A DNA stretch of 57,896 nt from Rickettsiales bacterium (GTDB lineage: Bacteria > Pseudomonadota > Alphaproteobacteria > Rickettsiales > JABSSG01), in contig JAGORE010000003.1 in the NCBI GenBank assembly GCA_018062985.1, forward strand, positions 1-57,896. Reading direction: 5' to 3'. The number at the start of each line of letters is the position of its first letter. Position 1 is the stretch's first letter. The notes under the pieces are model-generated. The model was not told where the DNA came from, searched no databases, and saw only the letters and a list, made by a program, of their open reading frames with translations. Positions 57,522 through 57,896 of the stretch are shown here, piece after piece. The position numbers were made by a program, and so were the translations under genes.

Positions 57522-57896
57522 CTAAAAAATCAATTTTTATTATCATAACCAAATTGGTTTTTATATATATTACATTTTTACTATACAAATTTAATTACAA
57601 ATAAAATATTCTCCATAAAAACCCCTTTGATAGAGACAAAATACTTACTAAATAAGAATGTGCATATTGCATTGAAAGAAAAAACTTCATCACATATTAC
57701 CTACTTTTCTCCACCACTATATATAGCCACACTGATACAAAAAAACCACAGTATATTGTTTGAATGTAGGGGTTTGCTAAACAAAGATTGATTCTAATAC
57801 ATCTTGATTAAATAACAGTAAGAGGGAATGAAATATCATCTCCATAGATTTGCTATATCTCTTAGTTTTTCTATGAAATCGTGCGAGGTAGTGCCT

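Noticed and set aside
57828-57896. A possible partial ORF at the window end (MKYHLHRFAISLSFSMKSCEVVP...) preceded by AAGAGGGA.
   Set aside because: Only 23 codons are visible and the SD-to-ATG spacing is very short. There is too little sequence to call a gene.
54241-57896. A search by eye for a direct repeat of the tRNA-Leu 3' end (att-like site) downstream of the large orphan gene.
   Set aside because: No copy of TTCAAGTCCGG or GCGGGTACCA is visible in 57522-57896. The island hypothesis therefore stays unsupported by repeats within this window.

Overview
The window is visibly AT-rich, very gene-dense and almost entirely housekeeping. It looks like a reduced-genome alphaproteobacterial endosymbiont of the Rickettsiales/Holosporales kind. 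The evidence for that placement is 5-aminolevulinate synthase, a COX15-type heme A synthase, CcmC, a ValRS lacking the usual bacterial C-terminal extension, many ProP-type MFS carriers, and a tRNA-Ile(GAU) lying outside any rRNA operon. The exact taxon cannot be named from sequence alone.

I support about 60 CDSs:
- Translation and RNA processing: rnc (partial), valS, cysS, rplM-rpsI, rpsD, rpmB-rpmE, a TrmJ-like methyltransferase and a Trm112-like protein.
- Central metabolism and cofactors: gpmI, ubiA, gshB, gmk, ctaA, hemA, ccmC, fdxA, ispH and an FMN reductase.
- Envelope and protein export: lepB, murE, rodA, pgeF, a BepA-like M48/TPR protease, a Com1/DsbA-like oxidoreductase and lptF/G.
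- Regulation, stress and repair: phoU, an EnvZ/OmpR-like pair, an orphan sensor kinase, clpA, ruvX, mpg and ptrB.
- Transport: a gltP-like symporter, several MFS carriers and a 9-gene Mrp-type cation/proton antiporter cluster.
- Three small paralogous beta-barrel outer membrane proteins.

There are four tRNAs, all with an encoded CCA: Ser-UGA, Asp-GUC, Ile-GAU and Leu-UAA. I found no rRNA, CRISPR array, transposase, integrase or prophage genes.

Features that ordinary annotation does not explain:
1. An orphan 890-aa modular protein just downstream of tRNA-Leu. It has seven W-centred propeller-like repeats, a Ser/Thr stalk, a polytopic membrane core and a Pro/Gly/His tail, and it is flanked by the longest non-coding spacers in the window.
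2. A two-gene unit of a small OMP barrel plus a signal-less Ser/Thr-rich 324-aa orphan.
3. A 352-aa orphan downstream of ubiA.
4. A candidate ~70-nt sRNA with its own promoter, a CU-rich linker and a strong intrinsic terminator on a strand where no CDS ends.
5. A collapsed OMP paralog remnant.
6. A minimal glutamine-synthetase-like protein that lacks the N-terminal domain.
7. An Mrp cluster in the Mbh-like gene order E-F-G-(A-Cterm/B)-B-C-D-D-A-like.

All functional calls rest on motif recognition by eye, and no database search was possible.
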